From: Marsupella aquatica
Taxonomy: Eukaryota > Plantae > Marchantiophyta
DNA length: 64,000 bases
NCBI GenBank assembly: GCA_973895155.1
Contig: OZ316891.1
Location: 20,534,169-20,598,168 of the forward strand
Direction of reading: 5' to 3'
Shown here: piece by piece, positions 1-13,669 of the stretch
How the letters are laid out: each line of letters opens with the position of its first letter
Position numbering within the stretch: position 1 is the stretch's first letter
The notes under the pieces: model-generated
What the model was told of the DNA's origin: nothing
Database searches by the model: none
Seen by the model: only the letters and a program-made list of their open reading frames with translations
Position numbers and translations under genes: made by a program

Positions 1-15
1 GAAGAGGTCAAAACT

Positions 16-300
16 TTGTATTTAGCGGGCAGCGCGGTATCTGGAGGGTATCCCGCTAATAACGTCTGGAAAACAAAACACCCCTACTCCCGATTGCACG
101 CCACTGTATTTTTAGATTTTACGTTGTGTCCGTTTAGGAGCTCCCTGTACCTGTGATTACGGTGGAGGTACCAATTTTCTCGCTTCCCGAAAGAAGGCGA
201 AAAGAAGTCTATTCTATTCCCTAACGATTCCTATTACTGTACAGTTGGATATTCCGAAGTGCACACGCCCAGGAAGAAACAAACGCTTTACATTTTCATG
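16..300 (+). repeat. Dispersed ~285-bp duplication (partner at 40618-40898)
   Basis: gcgcggtatctggaggg, cccgattgca, tgtacctgtgattacggt, ccgaaagaaggcgaaa and aacgattcc..ttactgtaca are shared with 40618-40898. Confidence 0.85.
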
Positions 301-1715
301 TGATTTGCAGAAGGGATAAGTCCACAATTTCAGACTGCCCTGATGGATCAATCAATAACAACAATAACTATGATTCTTTTGGTTGCAACGTCAGTCATTT
401 CTCGTCCCTCTTTGCCTTGTCACATTCAAGACACTGTCATCTGATGTTCCAGTACTGGTCTCGTGCCTTGCCAAAATCATCAACTGTCCTAATATCCCTC
501 GGTTGGTGCAGTATAGTTTAGTCTTTAGATTATTTTAGTAAATTATCCTGAAAGATGGACAACGAAGCTCCATGTCTAGCTTCAAGCTGCTTTCGGTTTG
601 TACTGAGTGAATCAAGATCCTCGAAAATGCCTGATTGAATGAAAAACATTGCAGCTACTGTCGTTGATTGTGTTGTCTCTAAGTTGCAGTTCTCCCCGTC
701 GTGCATCACTTCGGCTCTAGCTTGAACATGTCCTTCACAATAACACCTGATTATGAAAACTTACATAAGCTTCGAAAAGATGTCCAGTAGCTGTAAGTCT
801 CAGATTTATATAGAGGGCATCAAATAGTCCGTCTGTGCCCGGATACTGTAGCTCTCTGTCAAGAGCAGTGTGACCAGTGCCATTAGATCCGCAGTTTGTA
901 GATTTTCCATCGGATAGTCTCTTGCTTTGTTGAAAGTCTTTAATTCATTCCTGATTTGCTTTCCTCCCATGAGGCAAATTCGTGTTCCTTCTTATCTTAC
1001 ATATATATAAAAGCGTAATTTTTCTGCTGTCCCTTAAAAGATATTACCGACTAATCCTCAAAACTCATTGACCAGTAGTCTCCTTTTTATTAAAAAACAA
1101 CTTTGCTTTGTACTGCCTAGGGCAAGATAACTCAGAGCTGGACCATGGCAAAAATGTCTACTGGAAATAGGAATAACCAATGAACTATAGCACATCACTG
1201 TTATACGAGGAGGGTTCCCTTTGGCAAAAATCTTTACTGAAACTTGGAACTGGGGTTGTTGGAGAAAAGCAGCCCAGAGATACCACAGCCTTTGACACAC
1301 AACTCGGATGGAACCACTCGGAAAGTCCACTTTAGTATCATCCGTTGGTTAAATGGTCACACATTTGAGTCTCAAAATCCAAGTTTCAGGGTTACCCTAA
1401 ATCTAAGCGTCAATCATTGTAGTTTGAGGGTCACTTTCAATCTAACAATCAATCATTTTTTTGTTATTAAAACATCGAAATCTAATGATTCACTAAAAGA
1501 CACCGAGACGCACCGAAAACTCTATTTCTGGTCGTCTAAACATCAACTTTTGTGATTGGAGCACATTTAAACGTTTGTTGAGAATCCATCTAGGAGTTCC
1601 AAAAGTCCATCTAGGATTTTGGACAAAGTTGAATACCAAGGGGGCCCTTTTTCTTTGAAAGAAAGTTGATCATCGTCTCACTGTCAAGAAAGCTATCTCC
1701 ACTAGAAGAGTTAGG

Positions 1716-4626
1716 TTACGACCCATTACTAAAATCAGCAAACATGGCTTCATATATTTCTTTATATGTCTCACGTGATAATGCTGCCTCCTTCATCTCA
1801 TGATAAGTGAGCCTGGAGCTTTCTTCGATCATGCTCGAAACGTCTCTGCTACTAAGGAAAGAAACCACTTGCCTCATGTTGGGCCTCATCTTGCCATCTT
1901 CTTGCATGCACAGCTTGGACAGATCGACCAAGGTCTCCAGTTCATGGGCATGGAAATCACCGTTTAGTCTGTTGTCTACCAACTCATGATACAGAGATGG
2001 GCTGCGTAAGTATGGAGCTGCCCAGGAAACCAGTGAATCCGCCTTGTGGACGGCTTGGTGACCCGAGATAAGCTCCAGAAGGACCACACCGAAGCTGTAC
2101 ACATCACTTTTGGGGGAGAAGACCCCGGTCAAGACATATTGTGGATCCAAGTATCCAATGGAGCCCTTCACAATAGTCTCGAATGATTGGAAGGACGTGG
2201 CATCCACTGGGGCAGCTTTGGACAGCCCAAAGTCCGCGAGCTTGGCAGAGTTCGTTGTTGTGAGCAAAATGTTCCGTGATTTGACGTCCCTATGCACAAT
2301 GGGGGGATTTGCTTCATGGTGGAGGTACTCCAACCCATGGGCAACGTCGGCTGCAATTTTGACTCGTTGCTTCCATGTGATCACATTGTATACTCCTAGT
2401 TCCATGGAATTCATAGATTTCTCTGACGGGGAGGGCAACACGGATTGATGGAGCCGATCATAGAGACTCCCATTTGGAAGATACTCAAAGACCAGCATAT
2501 GCCGACCTGCAAAGATTAAATCTAGAGTTAGTCTCTTGACGTTGAGGGTTAGGGTTAGCTAGCTAGCTCCAGTGGCTATCTCCATCAGGAGGCTCAACAG
2601 ACATAATTATGTAAGACTTGAAAACCAGCTTTCGGGTTTATCACATAAATGAATTTCAAATATACATTTTGTGAGTGAATTGATCTGAATTAGGTGTCCG
2701 AGTCCATGGAGGTGATTTGGGATGCCCTCCAAACACTTGCAATTTTTACTTGTACCTCTGTGACTGCAAAATCCAAACAAGTTCACGAGTTGTGGTAATA
2801 AATATTTCAAACGTACATTTTATGAGGGATTTGATCTCATATTAAGTTCGGAATGAATGGAGTTGATTTCAGATGCTTCCTACGCAATTTCAACATGTAC
2901 CTTTGTGGATACAGAATCCAATCAAGTTCACGAGGTGGCGGTGGTGAACTCTCAGCAGGACAGCGATCTCATCCGAAGCGAGGACTTTGGAAGAAGAATA
3001 TGGCCCTCTCGGTTTCTCCACTTTCACAGCTCCCACCGTGCCATCGGGAAAGTCGGCTCTGTACACGGTTCCGAAGCCGCCTTGTCCGAGAACGGAGCTG
3101 AATTTCTTGGTGGCTATTCTCAACTCTTCTAACGAATATAGTCTGGCATGCTCGGTCTTGTACAGACGAGAGTAATATTCGCGTTCTCGACCCCGCTCTC
3201 GACAGCCCCTGATTCTATATACAATTGCTACTATAGCAATGAGACCCACCAGTCCCCCGATTGATCCCGCTACTGCAAGCATAACCCTTTTTGAACCACC
3301 CACTGACTTCTTTCGCTGCACTTCGACCGTGTCAATCATCGGCCCACAAGAACCATTGAAGTTCAAGCTGCTAAAGGAAATCGTTGTTACATTGGCCGAG
3401 GCTTTGAAGGTCACTGTCTGCTGCGTCCATGATGCCGCCATAGTCGTAGCGTTCAAACCCGTGACATTCGTGGTGAATTGGTGTCTTATGTCACTCCCAT
3501 TGATCTGGAGCCCCATCGACGATATGTCCGTCCTCGTCGCATTAGTCACCTGCAATTGCAATCGAGCACCACCTTCGACGTAGGTCGAAGTGCATGCCCA
3601 GTTTGGCCTACCTGGTACGACCTTGACGTCTGGAGGGAACCCAGTCATGTAGAAAGTCAGGACGTACTCTTGCCCAACATCCGTCCTGAACGTCTGACTG
3701 ATCGAGCCATTGTGATCCACGTCCGTGTGCGTATTCAAATGAATGCTGTGCTTCCCATCTTGAGGTGTGAGGAATCCCGTACTCACATAATCGATGGGGC
3801 CGTAGTCAATGACCCAGCCACAAAATGAGAGGTAACTAGGATAAGATTGGTTCCAGGCGCTTGCTGCTATGTTATCCCCTGACAGAATGGTGCTGGTTTC
3901 GAATCCTCCATTACTGATCTGACCCTCCGAGTCGAGCGAAAAGTTCGAGAGCTGAAGCAACCCCTCGGTTGTGAATTGGTTAGTAGATCCTTGAGTAGAT
4001 CTGATAACGAAGTTCGCCGTGGGTAGAAATGTAAAGCTGGACGTGTAGGAAAATTGATCCGAGGGTTTGGAGTAATTGGCGATGAACAGCGGATATGTAT
4101 AATTCTGGTTACTAGGATTCGTTCCCAGATCGGGAGGAGCAGCCAGAAGGTAGTACTGTTGCCCATTTGGATCAACAAGGCCATTTACCAAACTGTGGTT
4201 TTCGTAGGTCCACTGCTGCGTGACGACAGACGAATTGCACGTACGGAGTTTTAGGACGCTGGATTCCCAGGACACGGCATCGAGACACAGGTTCCTCGCG
4301 GGGTTCCTCGACGGTATTGAGAAGGCAATGCTCCTGGTAGAGTTCTGGTAAGACCAGACCTCGTTAAACTGAGCGCCATCGCATCTGTACAAGCCCACTG
4401 TCCGGTTCCAGTCCGATTCATGGCCTGGGTGTGTAAACGTTGAATCTCCCAGTGCGTTGATGCAATACTTACAAGTCGGTAGTTCTCCCGAATCAAAGAC
4501 TCCCGTTGTGATCCAGCCGAATTCGGACTCATTCTTTGCTTGCACACGATCCCTGAGCAGTAAGAGACTGACACAAAAAAGCGTCAACATATACGAAATC
4601 CGACACAAGTAAACCATGGACAACAT
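1716..4626 (-). CDS. Receptor-like kinase: signal peptide, ricin-B-type lectin domain, DUF642/galactose-binding-like domain, TM helix, RD Ser/Thr kinase. Exons 4626-2901 and 2506-1716
   Basis: Hydrophobic N-terminus; lectin-like LCLDA and QQWTY; DUF642-like ISNGGFE...GPIDYV...ISQTFRT...CGPMIDTV; TM VMLAVAGSIGGLVGLIAIVAIVY; kinase motifs LGQGGFGTVY, AVK, HRDVKSRNILL, DFGLSK, GSIGYLDPQY. A GT-AG intron at 2900-2507 joins ...IHKG/RHMLVFEY in frame. Confidence 0.93.
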
Positions 4627-4829
4627 TTGAAGCTATTGAATCCCAACACGCTGTGAAGCTATTACCCTCCTGTACGGATATCTATGGCAACCACGATGCT
4701 ATGATCTGTGACCGAATTGAAAACAAAGACCGGACGTAGGGTGGTCGCGGTCGTGCCCCGGCTACTAGAAACGCTACATACGAAACTGGCAATCTTTCAA
4801 TCTTTCAAGGTAAAATAATATTTCTGAGT

Positions 4830-5500
4830 CTATCCAAAGGCTGCAGAACCTGTCCCGAGCTAGATCCATTGTCCCATCCGCGGTCCCCAAACATTGCCTG
4901 AGCGTTAATTTGGGGATACAGCGTCGGGCAATTGGGAGTTGAATTTTTCAAGAATGTACACAAGTAGCGCTTGCATTTGATTAAATTTTCCAGAAAGTCC
5001 GCGCCTTAGATTCTATATCTAAGGGCTAGTCTGCAACATGCATGCACTGCCGACTTGTTTCCTCTGAGCACTGGGTAGGCTGTTTATGTTTTTCCCCTTA
5101 GTTTACGCTCCTCGAGCTGGCTTGCGGCCCAATGCCACATGCATATACCTACGTATAGCCCGACTCTCCATAGCTCTCCAATCCCATCGCCCTCACATTC
5201 CATAGTGCTCTCGCCCTTTAGCCTCCTCTCGTCCTTTAGCCTCGAATCCATACTCATTTCAGGAGGAAATGGAATTTTCAAGAGTGAGAGATTGTTTTTT
5301 ACACCATAAAATAAAGCTGCGCCAAAATATGATTCTGTCTTCATTGTTAATTATGTTAATCTGTCCAAAAGCTGCCGAACCCGTCCAGACCTCGATTCGC
5401 TAGTGTGTTTGTGGACGGGTGCCCTTCAATTGGGAAGTCGAGTTTTTCAAGAATATACACAGGTAGCGCTAGCACTGGATGTAATGTTCCTGAAATCGGC
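4830..5500 (+). repeat. Diverged duplicated ~170-bp module in the RLK upstream region (4830-5000 and 5362-5500)
   Basis: tccaaa.gctgc.gaacc and caattggga..tttttcaagaat.tacaca.gtagcgct occur in both copies. Confidence 0.75.
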
Positions 5501-6350
5501 ACCAATTATCTAGAATCAACTGTAAGTACTGTATTTGCAGCAGTGCCGTCTTTTCTACTCTAAACTGTTGTAAAAGGCTGTGTATGTTTCCAATGTCCGC
5601 TCCTCAGGCTCTCTCTCTCTTTATGTTTCTAGAAATAAAAAGTCTCTTAGGTGTAAGTATAATGATAGCATGTTAGAATATATAGCATTGTAGACAACAA
5701 TGGCCCCTCGTTCAAATGTGTATCATCCAAGGCAAATCACGAAGGAATTTGTCTTTTCATTAAATGGAAAGGAGACCGAGGTAACTCCGAACTTCTTGTT
5801 CTGTGAATTGGCAACTTGCCGCCACATGTCAGAAATACACGAATCATCCTTTCGTCCCAGTATCCATGGGATCACCAAAGGATCGAGTGGCGCCGTCTGA
5901 GGAGGAGATTCCCATGCCATGGAAGTCAGACCGATCCGGTGGAGGTCAGACTCGTCACCACTCTATACTCATCAGTCACGAAGAACATAGTGCAAACATC
6001 CCAGTAATCAGATCATATATATGGAAAGTACTGTAAATGAGGTGACTGAAAGCCGCTCTCAACTCAAATTGTCTTACACTCCTGAGTCAAATTGACGAAG
6101 TCGCCACGAAACGACTGTAGACCTAGAGTATGCCGGCTGAGAACGTTCATCATTTTGCTCCTACACTATCAAGCGGCTGCTCAGTGCTTAAAAAAACCAT
6201 AGTTGGACCCCATGAGGATTTGGATGCGCTGATTTCAGGTCTATGAATCGTCTGGATCACTCATGGGGTCTATCAAGTAACACTGCTCATTTGGGGGTCC
6301 ATCAATATTTATCAGGTATATCTTTCATGCAGCGTACTCTTTCAGCTTCT

Positions 6351-6577
6351 TCTTGTCTCAGTGTGGCCTTGTGTCAGTGTTGCTTTGTGTCAGTGTTGCC
6401 TTGTGTGTGAGGGAGAACATACTAACAATATGCATTATGTATACAGTAAAATCTTGTCTCAGTATTTCAAGGAAAATCTTGTCTCAGTGTGGCCTTGTGT
6501 CAGTGTGGCCTTGTGTGTGAGGGAGAACATAGTCAACATACTAACAATATGCATTATGGATACAGTAAAATCTTGTT
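6351..6577 (+). repeat. Tandem duplication (~125 bp x2) with internal gtgtggccttgtgtca sub-repeats
   Basis: tcttgtctcagtgtggccttgtgtcagtg...actaacaatatgcattatg.atacagtaaaatcttgt occurs twice. Confidence 0.85.
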
Positions 6578-9146
6578 TAGAGGGCATTATGTTCCTAGTT
6601 TGCCTTGGAAAAGACAGGCAAAAATCAGGCATTAAGTGATTATCTTACATTATTTTCTGACAGTCTCCCTGGAATCGGGCCTGGAATTAAGGATGAGCGT
6701 TAGATTCTGGATATTGGCATCTTGGGCTAGGTGAGGTACTGGCTAATGTGAGTCAAAAACCCTACCGAATTTTCGGCAAAAGTGGCCAAAACTTTTTGAA
6801 GAGGTGGAATCTAGCTGGACCACCTTAAAACGACTGATTCATCGGGGTAGGGTTGATCCGACCCTTCAGGCTGCATCACAGTAGTAGATATTGTACCATC
6901 AACCATGACCAGCAATATGACATTAGGTGAGTTAGTCGTGATCCGCCTGTGGTCGACGTTGCAATAGGATATGACCTTGACTGAGCAGTTTTTGACTGGC
7001 GACACTTGCTACATTCATTTCTCCAGAATGCAGCATGTGAACACCGATATACAGTTCTGAACTTCTGTCAATCTGACTTTGCTTGCTTCCTGTCTCGTCT
7101 ACTCAAACACATTTCCCAGTGCCTCTGTTTTCAGTAGTCTGTATGTACTGTATAGCATGATTGGTTCTTGATAATCGTCTCCAGAATCACGGCTTTTTCG
7201 ATTGGTGGCGTCATGAACCTGATGAATCCACATTCTGTTGGGTTAAAGTTGACTTCTCGATCTCACCATTGAACTGCAGTAGCTACTTTCCCAGTGAATT
7301 TCTTGGAAGGTCACTTCTTTTTCTAATATCATTCTCCCATAGACCTTATATACAAATCATTTAACTGGGATAATTAAGGACAATTATTATCTAAGGTCTA
7401 TGGTTTATCAAAATCAATTTTAATATCGATGTAAATTTGTCTCACATTTTTTGGTCGTCTCGTCCTAACAAGAGATATCAAAGAAGCCTTACAGCTTCTC
7501 TGGGAATTAGAGTGGTGAGTAAAAATTATACACTTTGAAACTATTCATCTGAGCTTCAATTTCCGGGTGAGAAGCTGGTCTAAATACCCATTCGGGAACC
7601 AACATTAGAGTCGAAAGACAAAGAGCATCCTAGTACGGCAGTTCCCTCGGATTGAAAGCTTGCTGAGAAACAAGACAGTTGCTTGTACTGTCCTGCATAT
7701 CTCTTTCATATCTTGTAAGCTTAATCTTCAGTGGATTGTTCTGCCTTAATTATAAATTCTTGATCTTATCATAACAAATTTCCATGGATTGTTCTACATT
7801 GCATCTTTAGGATCTTATCAAAACAATCTTCAGCTGTTCATAGCAAAATTAATTCCAAGTTCCCAGCTCTCTAGCACTTTCTCATTTCTTTCCTGAGTCT
7901 AGCTAGAACTAGACCTACCTTTGTCTCACGACTGAAGGGCTTGGGAAGAGCTGATCATAGATACTCTCCATGGTGATTAATTGGAGCTATAATGTCATTG
8001 TCCAGCCAATTCTATCAGAGCTCGATTCAAGATTTCGTTTGTAAACAAGAAATTGCGCGAATCGTTTATGCAAATAAAACAGTGAAACAGCTTGGGGATA
8101 TCAGCTCCAGCAATGGCTTTATCATTCAGGACCACAGGATCGTGGGAGAAATTCCATCACAAATCTTCTTTGATCGCCCTGATCAGAGCTATCTGTAAAA
8201 CTACTCACCAAATGGGTGCGGTCTATCATGAGTCAATAGTACCTATAAAGGCATAAAGATCCCATTCCCGAAAATTCATAGAAACTTGCATTCGCAATGT
8301 GCACGGTGTTCCGATTGGGACTTTCATCTAAACAAGGGATTATAATGGCAGAGTATCATCAGCAAAGCTGAATGGACAGCTGTGAGTCACTGTCCCTCCT
8401 TGCAATTCGTAGCACCCGAAGTTTCAAGGGCGTATAATTCATTAATTGGCAAGTTGGCGATTGCAAGTGCAACGCATGCTCCATTATTCGTTGGAAGGAA
8501 TAGCTTTATCCATCCGCGATACTGCGGGTCCAATGGTCATGTAAACCTTACTACTCCAATCGTGAGAAGAAACGCGTATCATGTCTCAGAGAAACTGGAG
8601 CAAACACTCCCTTGCGAGTTGGGGATGAATTTTGAGGCTCGGCTTCTTCTCTTCCTTGGAAAATCTGGTCAAGTTGCGCAACCGTTTGGATCTGAGCATT
8701 CCAGCCGTATTCCCTTTGATGGTTTTCAACCTGTTCTATTTCCCAATGTGTCTTTGCTGTGGATGCAACACTTCGCAGCGTTGATATTTCAAATCTTCCA
8801 TGGCTCGAGTAGAACAAGAAGACTGCGCCAATGTGCAAAGGTCCTGTCATGGGAGATGCATGCAACATTTCCTCATCTCCAGCAAGCCACTTTGTTATTC
8901 GGCGTATTTGAATGTGAGGCCAAAACATTATCTTGAAAACCTTGAGAGGTGGTCATGGCACAACAAGAAGCTGATGGTGGAAGTTGGAGGTCCAGTTGTC
9001 ATGATTGAATCCATCGACCTGCCCTTGGTAAGATTGTGTCTAATGCAATTGGTTCGCAATCAAGCAAGTGCTGAACGTGCTTCAAATGATATGTTGCGGC
9101 GGTTTGATGGTACTGATGACGTCCCTCAGGAAGTCGAGCCCAAAGA

Positions 9147-12100
9147 TCAGTCAGAAGAGAAAATCCCATTGAAGTACCTGAACATTGGTAATTGCAACGT
9201 CGTAAGGGTAATTATTGAAATTGCTCGAGGTTACCAGACCTGGTTTATGAGACTTTTCCTGACTTATGTTATATTCGGAAACAACCAACGGACTACAACA
9301 GGGTCAACAAGTATAGTGCCTGCCAAAACAATATAAGCCACATGACACTCAACGGCAGTTCTACTTACCTTTTGTTAAGCTTCTCTGCAGCTTCGCAGGC
9401 AAGTAACAGAGTGTCACTGGCCCTCTCAAGCACCATATATAGATCCTGGCCCCCTCGACTGCGGACAATCACCCAGGAGTTCTGTTTGGTCCTCACACAC
9501 ATTTCAAATTCTCTATCCCGGGAAGACGTACTTCTTTCTTTCCTCCCAGTTTCTAAATCAATTTCTGCCCGAATTCGATTGAGAGTCGACAAAGATTCCT
9601 GCAAATCATAAATGGCATACATTCAATAAACAATTTTTTATGAGACAAATTGAAGCTGCGAAATAGACCTCATGAACAATACAAAATATTCATTGACGAG
9701 TTTGGTTGCAGGCAAAGTTCGATTTTTCAGACCTTGGCTAGTGTGGCAACTTTTCCCGCCGGTGAGAACTTGGAGACTCGATTATACCAATCGCAGTAAA
9801 GATACCGATAACCTGCAACATGCCAGGCATTGATGCCAGGCCACTCTTTCATCAGAATTTCGTCTAGTTTGTGTATTTTCTGCGACGCCTGCAAAACCAC
9901 AAACATGGATCATCCATCAGCACCAATATTAAGTGAAGCTTCACGGAGTACTCAACTAAGTTAAAATAAGTATTGGCTCAACATCAGGATTTTTTTTTAA
10001 ACATTGGGTAAAATTCTTCCTTCCATTATGTCATGACCAACAGACGACTATGAAACCTTTCCTCCTCGGTAAGAAGTGCCTAAGTAGTCATTTGAGGAGT
10101 GACACCTTCTCAAGAAGTTGTTCCTTCAGAGTTGTAACAGCTTCAGAACCAGAAGAAGTTGGAACAAGCATCAAAATCGTCAATGATTTAGATTGATATA
10201 TACACAACTGCATTCGCTCTTCTGATGACTGGAGCCACACATCTGGAAGTTCATTACTTCCTTCTTCTTTTGTATTCCACACATCTGTATCAAGAAACCC
10301 ATCTGCCCCTCGCCACCAGGCTTCCTGTGCAAGAGGTCGAGGCACAAATGATTTTGATCCCTCCCCTGTGACAGCCGCAACATCAGCACTTGCAGTAGGA
10401 GGACCAGCTGTGTCTCCTGCTATTGTGCCTGTGGACAAGTTACTGAGCATTTGGCGTAATCTTGAAGGTCCTATGGGACTGCTGGAGTCGCTACTTATAC
10501 TTGAATTAGTCAACGCTACACCTGTACGCAAAGAACCCCGCCTACTTGAAGCTTGAGTTAAAACGGATGGCAGCAATCGTAAGATGGCATACTGAAATAA
10601 TGTTGCTGTCTCCCCCTGCGAACAAGTCACAACGCGCCCCCAACCCCAGACATAATTCACCACTGGGAACACTCTTAGACATGAGGAGAAATCTGACGCA
10701 TTCTAGGAAAGGGCCAAAATGTTCACGGTATTACAAAATCTCAACTGACACTGATATTAGCGTTCAAACAACTCACAGAGATTCAATGATAGCGAGTGAA
10801 AACAAGGGTCCACGACATCAACCATACCGGAGGGAGAGTGCTTGATAGCAACATATTTTGAAACAAAATAAGAACATGTCGCACAGTTCTCCCACCAAAC
10901 CATGATTTCAAAAGTCCTTGAAGTGACTGCATCCACAAAAACAGACGACTGTTACCCAATGTCCACACCCTGCACAAAAATCTAGACGAAAAGACACAAT
11001 GGGTGAAAGCGAGGGAAATACCGACCAGGACTTCTAAAAGAGTTTCACGTTGAGGAAGGAAGAATTGGCCCAATCGCCTTTCTGTTAGAGAATCTCCAAC
11101 GCTGGGGAGATGCAACTTCTTCCCTGCTCCAAAATCTGCATTCCAAACACCAACAAAGTGTACAGTTCTCTGATCGAAATAGGAAGTACACGTGACATTG
11201 CACAGTGCTGTGACAACTCATGCGTGTATCTTAATTCTCCCCAACATTGAAGTCCTACATAACAAGCATACTACGTAATCTCAATAGAAGACATAAACAC
11301 AGCTCCGACAAGAATCGCAAGCAGGATGTGCACTAAGGAGAGCACTGTGACAACTTCCGCAAGTATCTTCCAACAATGAAGTGCTGCATGACAAACCTGC
11401 AATATAATCTGGAAAGAAGGCATAGAGACAACTCCGAGCAGCATCACCGGCAGGATGCGCATGAAGGAGGGCTCTTATGGATCCATAGAACAAAACAAAT
11501 AAGTCGTGTGCTTCTTTAAGCAAAGCACGTAGAGCATCCTCTCGTGGTGCTTCCACGTTCTCTTTGCTCTTCTCCACCACCTACAAACAACACCAACATA
11601 CCTCTTATACAATGTAATTACTTCAGCAATCTAATTGGCGCAGAGAAATTAAAATGAAGTAGATCTGAGGTGTAATCTGGCAGCGAGTGGCAAATTATAA
11701 ACCTCATCTAACCACATAAACTACCACAAATCCATCCCTACTTCAACACTTGCTAACATCGGGATAATTCAGTTCGTACAATGTTTTCAGCGCCATTGTT
11801 GTGCATCAAAACCTACGAAAAATCGCTTTCTTTTAAGTCCTTTCATGAGAAATCTACCGACAATGACTTCATATACACGTTTGAAGCAATCTTCATATAG
11901 GTGTTAGGAGAGATTATCTGAATACAAGAACTTTTCTCTTTTGTTTAAGAATCAATGAGGTTGGCTTACGAAGTGTACACCATAAACCTCCCATCGGACT
12001 TACGCCTCATTTCCAGCAACCAGGTTTATACATTTTGAAAGACAGACAGCCCATACTCTTGCGGCCAATCAACCTAAATTTAATTCCTGGAGGTGCAAGA

Positions 12101-12775
12101 GTCAGAATTCCCTCATTGGAGATTAAAGTCGAGCTGGAAACTAATTCGAGTCGGAGCCCTGGGCACCAAAAAAATTCATACCAGGACCATCCAGAGATCT
12201 GGCTCGCATTGGTAAAACAGATGCGTGTGTCGCTCTGCTTCCATCAACTCGCACGGAGTCTGTGGCGAGAATATCCTGAATTGCAAAACCCCCAATCCCA
12301 ATCCCGATCCCAACCCCGACCCACATTTTTAACTAAACCAATTCTCCAATCACTTTCCAATTTCTCCTTTCCACTTCACCTCACTTCATACGAAAACCAA
12401 ATGCAGAAACCTAAAACGGGAAAACTCTCAAACCCTACAAAACATTATGGATTCACGGCAATTCACGCTTTCTTAGGAAAAGCGCACTCTGCTCTCATCC
12501 CCTGTCCTGGTTTCATCAACGGAAGCGGCACTGGGAAGAGAAGAACTGCAAGAGCCGAGGGCCTTGGGCAGGCCCTGGTTGGAAGAAAGAAACCAATCAA
12601 GCAAACTCACTCACTTGGTGAAGGTGATTAGGCCTTCACTGAGGCCAATGAGGGAGAGCTGGGCAGGCAGTGGGCAACTGGGCGGCGAGAAGAACAAGAT
12701 TTTATCCAGCTCCTGACCTTCCACTGTTCCTCTCCGCATGTCGAACACACATAGCTGCACCCTGCTGTCCGCCAT
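9147..12775 (-). CDS. CCZ1: Vacuolar fusion protein CCZ1 homolog (MON1-CCZ1 Rab7 GEF subunit), 524 aa. Nine exons: 12775-12615, 12275-12182, 11580-11397, 11135-11026, 10926-10828, 10615-10106, 9888-9733, 9598-9369, 9177-9147
   Basis: Plant CCZ1 signatures FDMRRGTVEGQELDKILFF, QLSLIGLSEGLITFT, EAERHTHLFYQCEPDLWMV, AWHVAGYRYL, SPAGKVATLAKESL, and C-terminal RYFNGIFSSD*. All eight introns are GT-AG and phase-compatible; exon lengths sum to 1575 nt. Confidence 0.92.
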
Positions 12776-13397
12776 CGCTGCTGCCAAAGTTTCTCTCTCC
12801 CAATCCACTCCAATCCACTTCAATTCTCTAATGTTTCTTAGTCGGAGCCATCAAACCTCCTCTGAAGACCGAATCCATTACTTTTCAACCTTGAAATTTG
12901 ACAGATTGGCTTTTCGTTGGAGTTGGGCACCAGATGGAAGATACAATTTACGCACTTCGATTTCGACTATGATGAGCAGGACCGCACCTGATGGGAGTTT
13001 ACTTCAGTATGGAGGTAGCTCTCAGAAGTTTCTTGACACCTACTTTGTAAAATCCTCTCACTTCATGGAGTGACTTGACTTGACTTCTTTCTTCTTTGTG
13101 TGTGTGTGCGTTTGTTTGTTTGTTCTTGGCAGTGTTACAACTATTTTGGGTCTCCATTTCTCCAACAATTTCTTGCCCTTATCCTTTTTTGTGCTTAATA
13201 GTCATTGCCAAGCCTAAGCTCCCGTGCAGTGCAATGTTGAGATGCTTGCTTGACAAAAGGGGCAGATGGAGTGCCAAAACTCACATGGACCAGTTTGAAC
13301 TGTTATTTGTTACTAGTATAACATTTTTCTTTTGTTTCAATTCTGACCTTTCTAGTTGTTAACATTGTTATTATACATGCAGTGTATTTATATATTA

Positions 13398-13630
13398 TGA
13401 GCCCTATGCCCGTGCATTGCAATGTGCAAGGAAGGCTGGTCCATAGGGAGTCGGGTCGGGGCATTTATGGGGCAGCGGGAAGCACATATGTGCTAGGGGT
13501 GCACATTTACTCAATCAATGGTCAGCGAAAACAGCCAATCAAATCTAATGGCTATGGATCTTTCTTGCCCATGAGCTTTTTTGTATTGGGATGAAGGGCA
13601 AAAAAAGGTGGGATCCCTTATATGATATAG
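13398..13630 (-). mobile_element. Short dispersed repeat, Helitron-like non-autonomous element (copy 1)
   Basis: Homologous to 42655-42975. On the minus strand it begins ctatatcatataagggatccc and ends with the hairpin-like gcaatgcacgggcatagggc. The CTRR end is degenerate. Confidence 0.5.
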
Positions 13631-13669
13631 TTGTAGATATATATGTATATACTAGCTTTGTGAGTTGCA

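Noticed and set aside
1210-1650. Possible MITE (agggttccctttgg / ccaagggggccct ends)
   Set aside because: The inverted match is short and imperfect, and no TSD was found.
8382-9336. Plus-strand ORFs of 184 and 178 aa
   Set aside because: They are antisense to the CCZ1 last exon and 3' region and have no recognisable motifs.
12035-12631. 198-aa plus-strand ORF
   Set aside because: Antisense shadow of CCZ1 exons 1-2 and introns.
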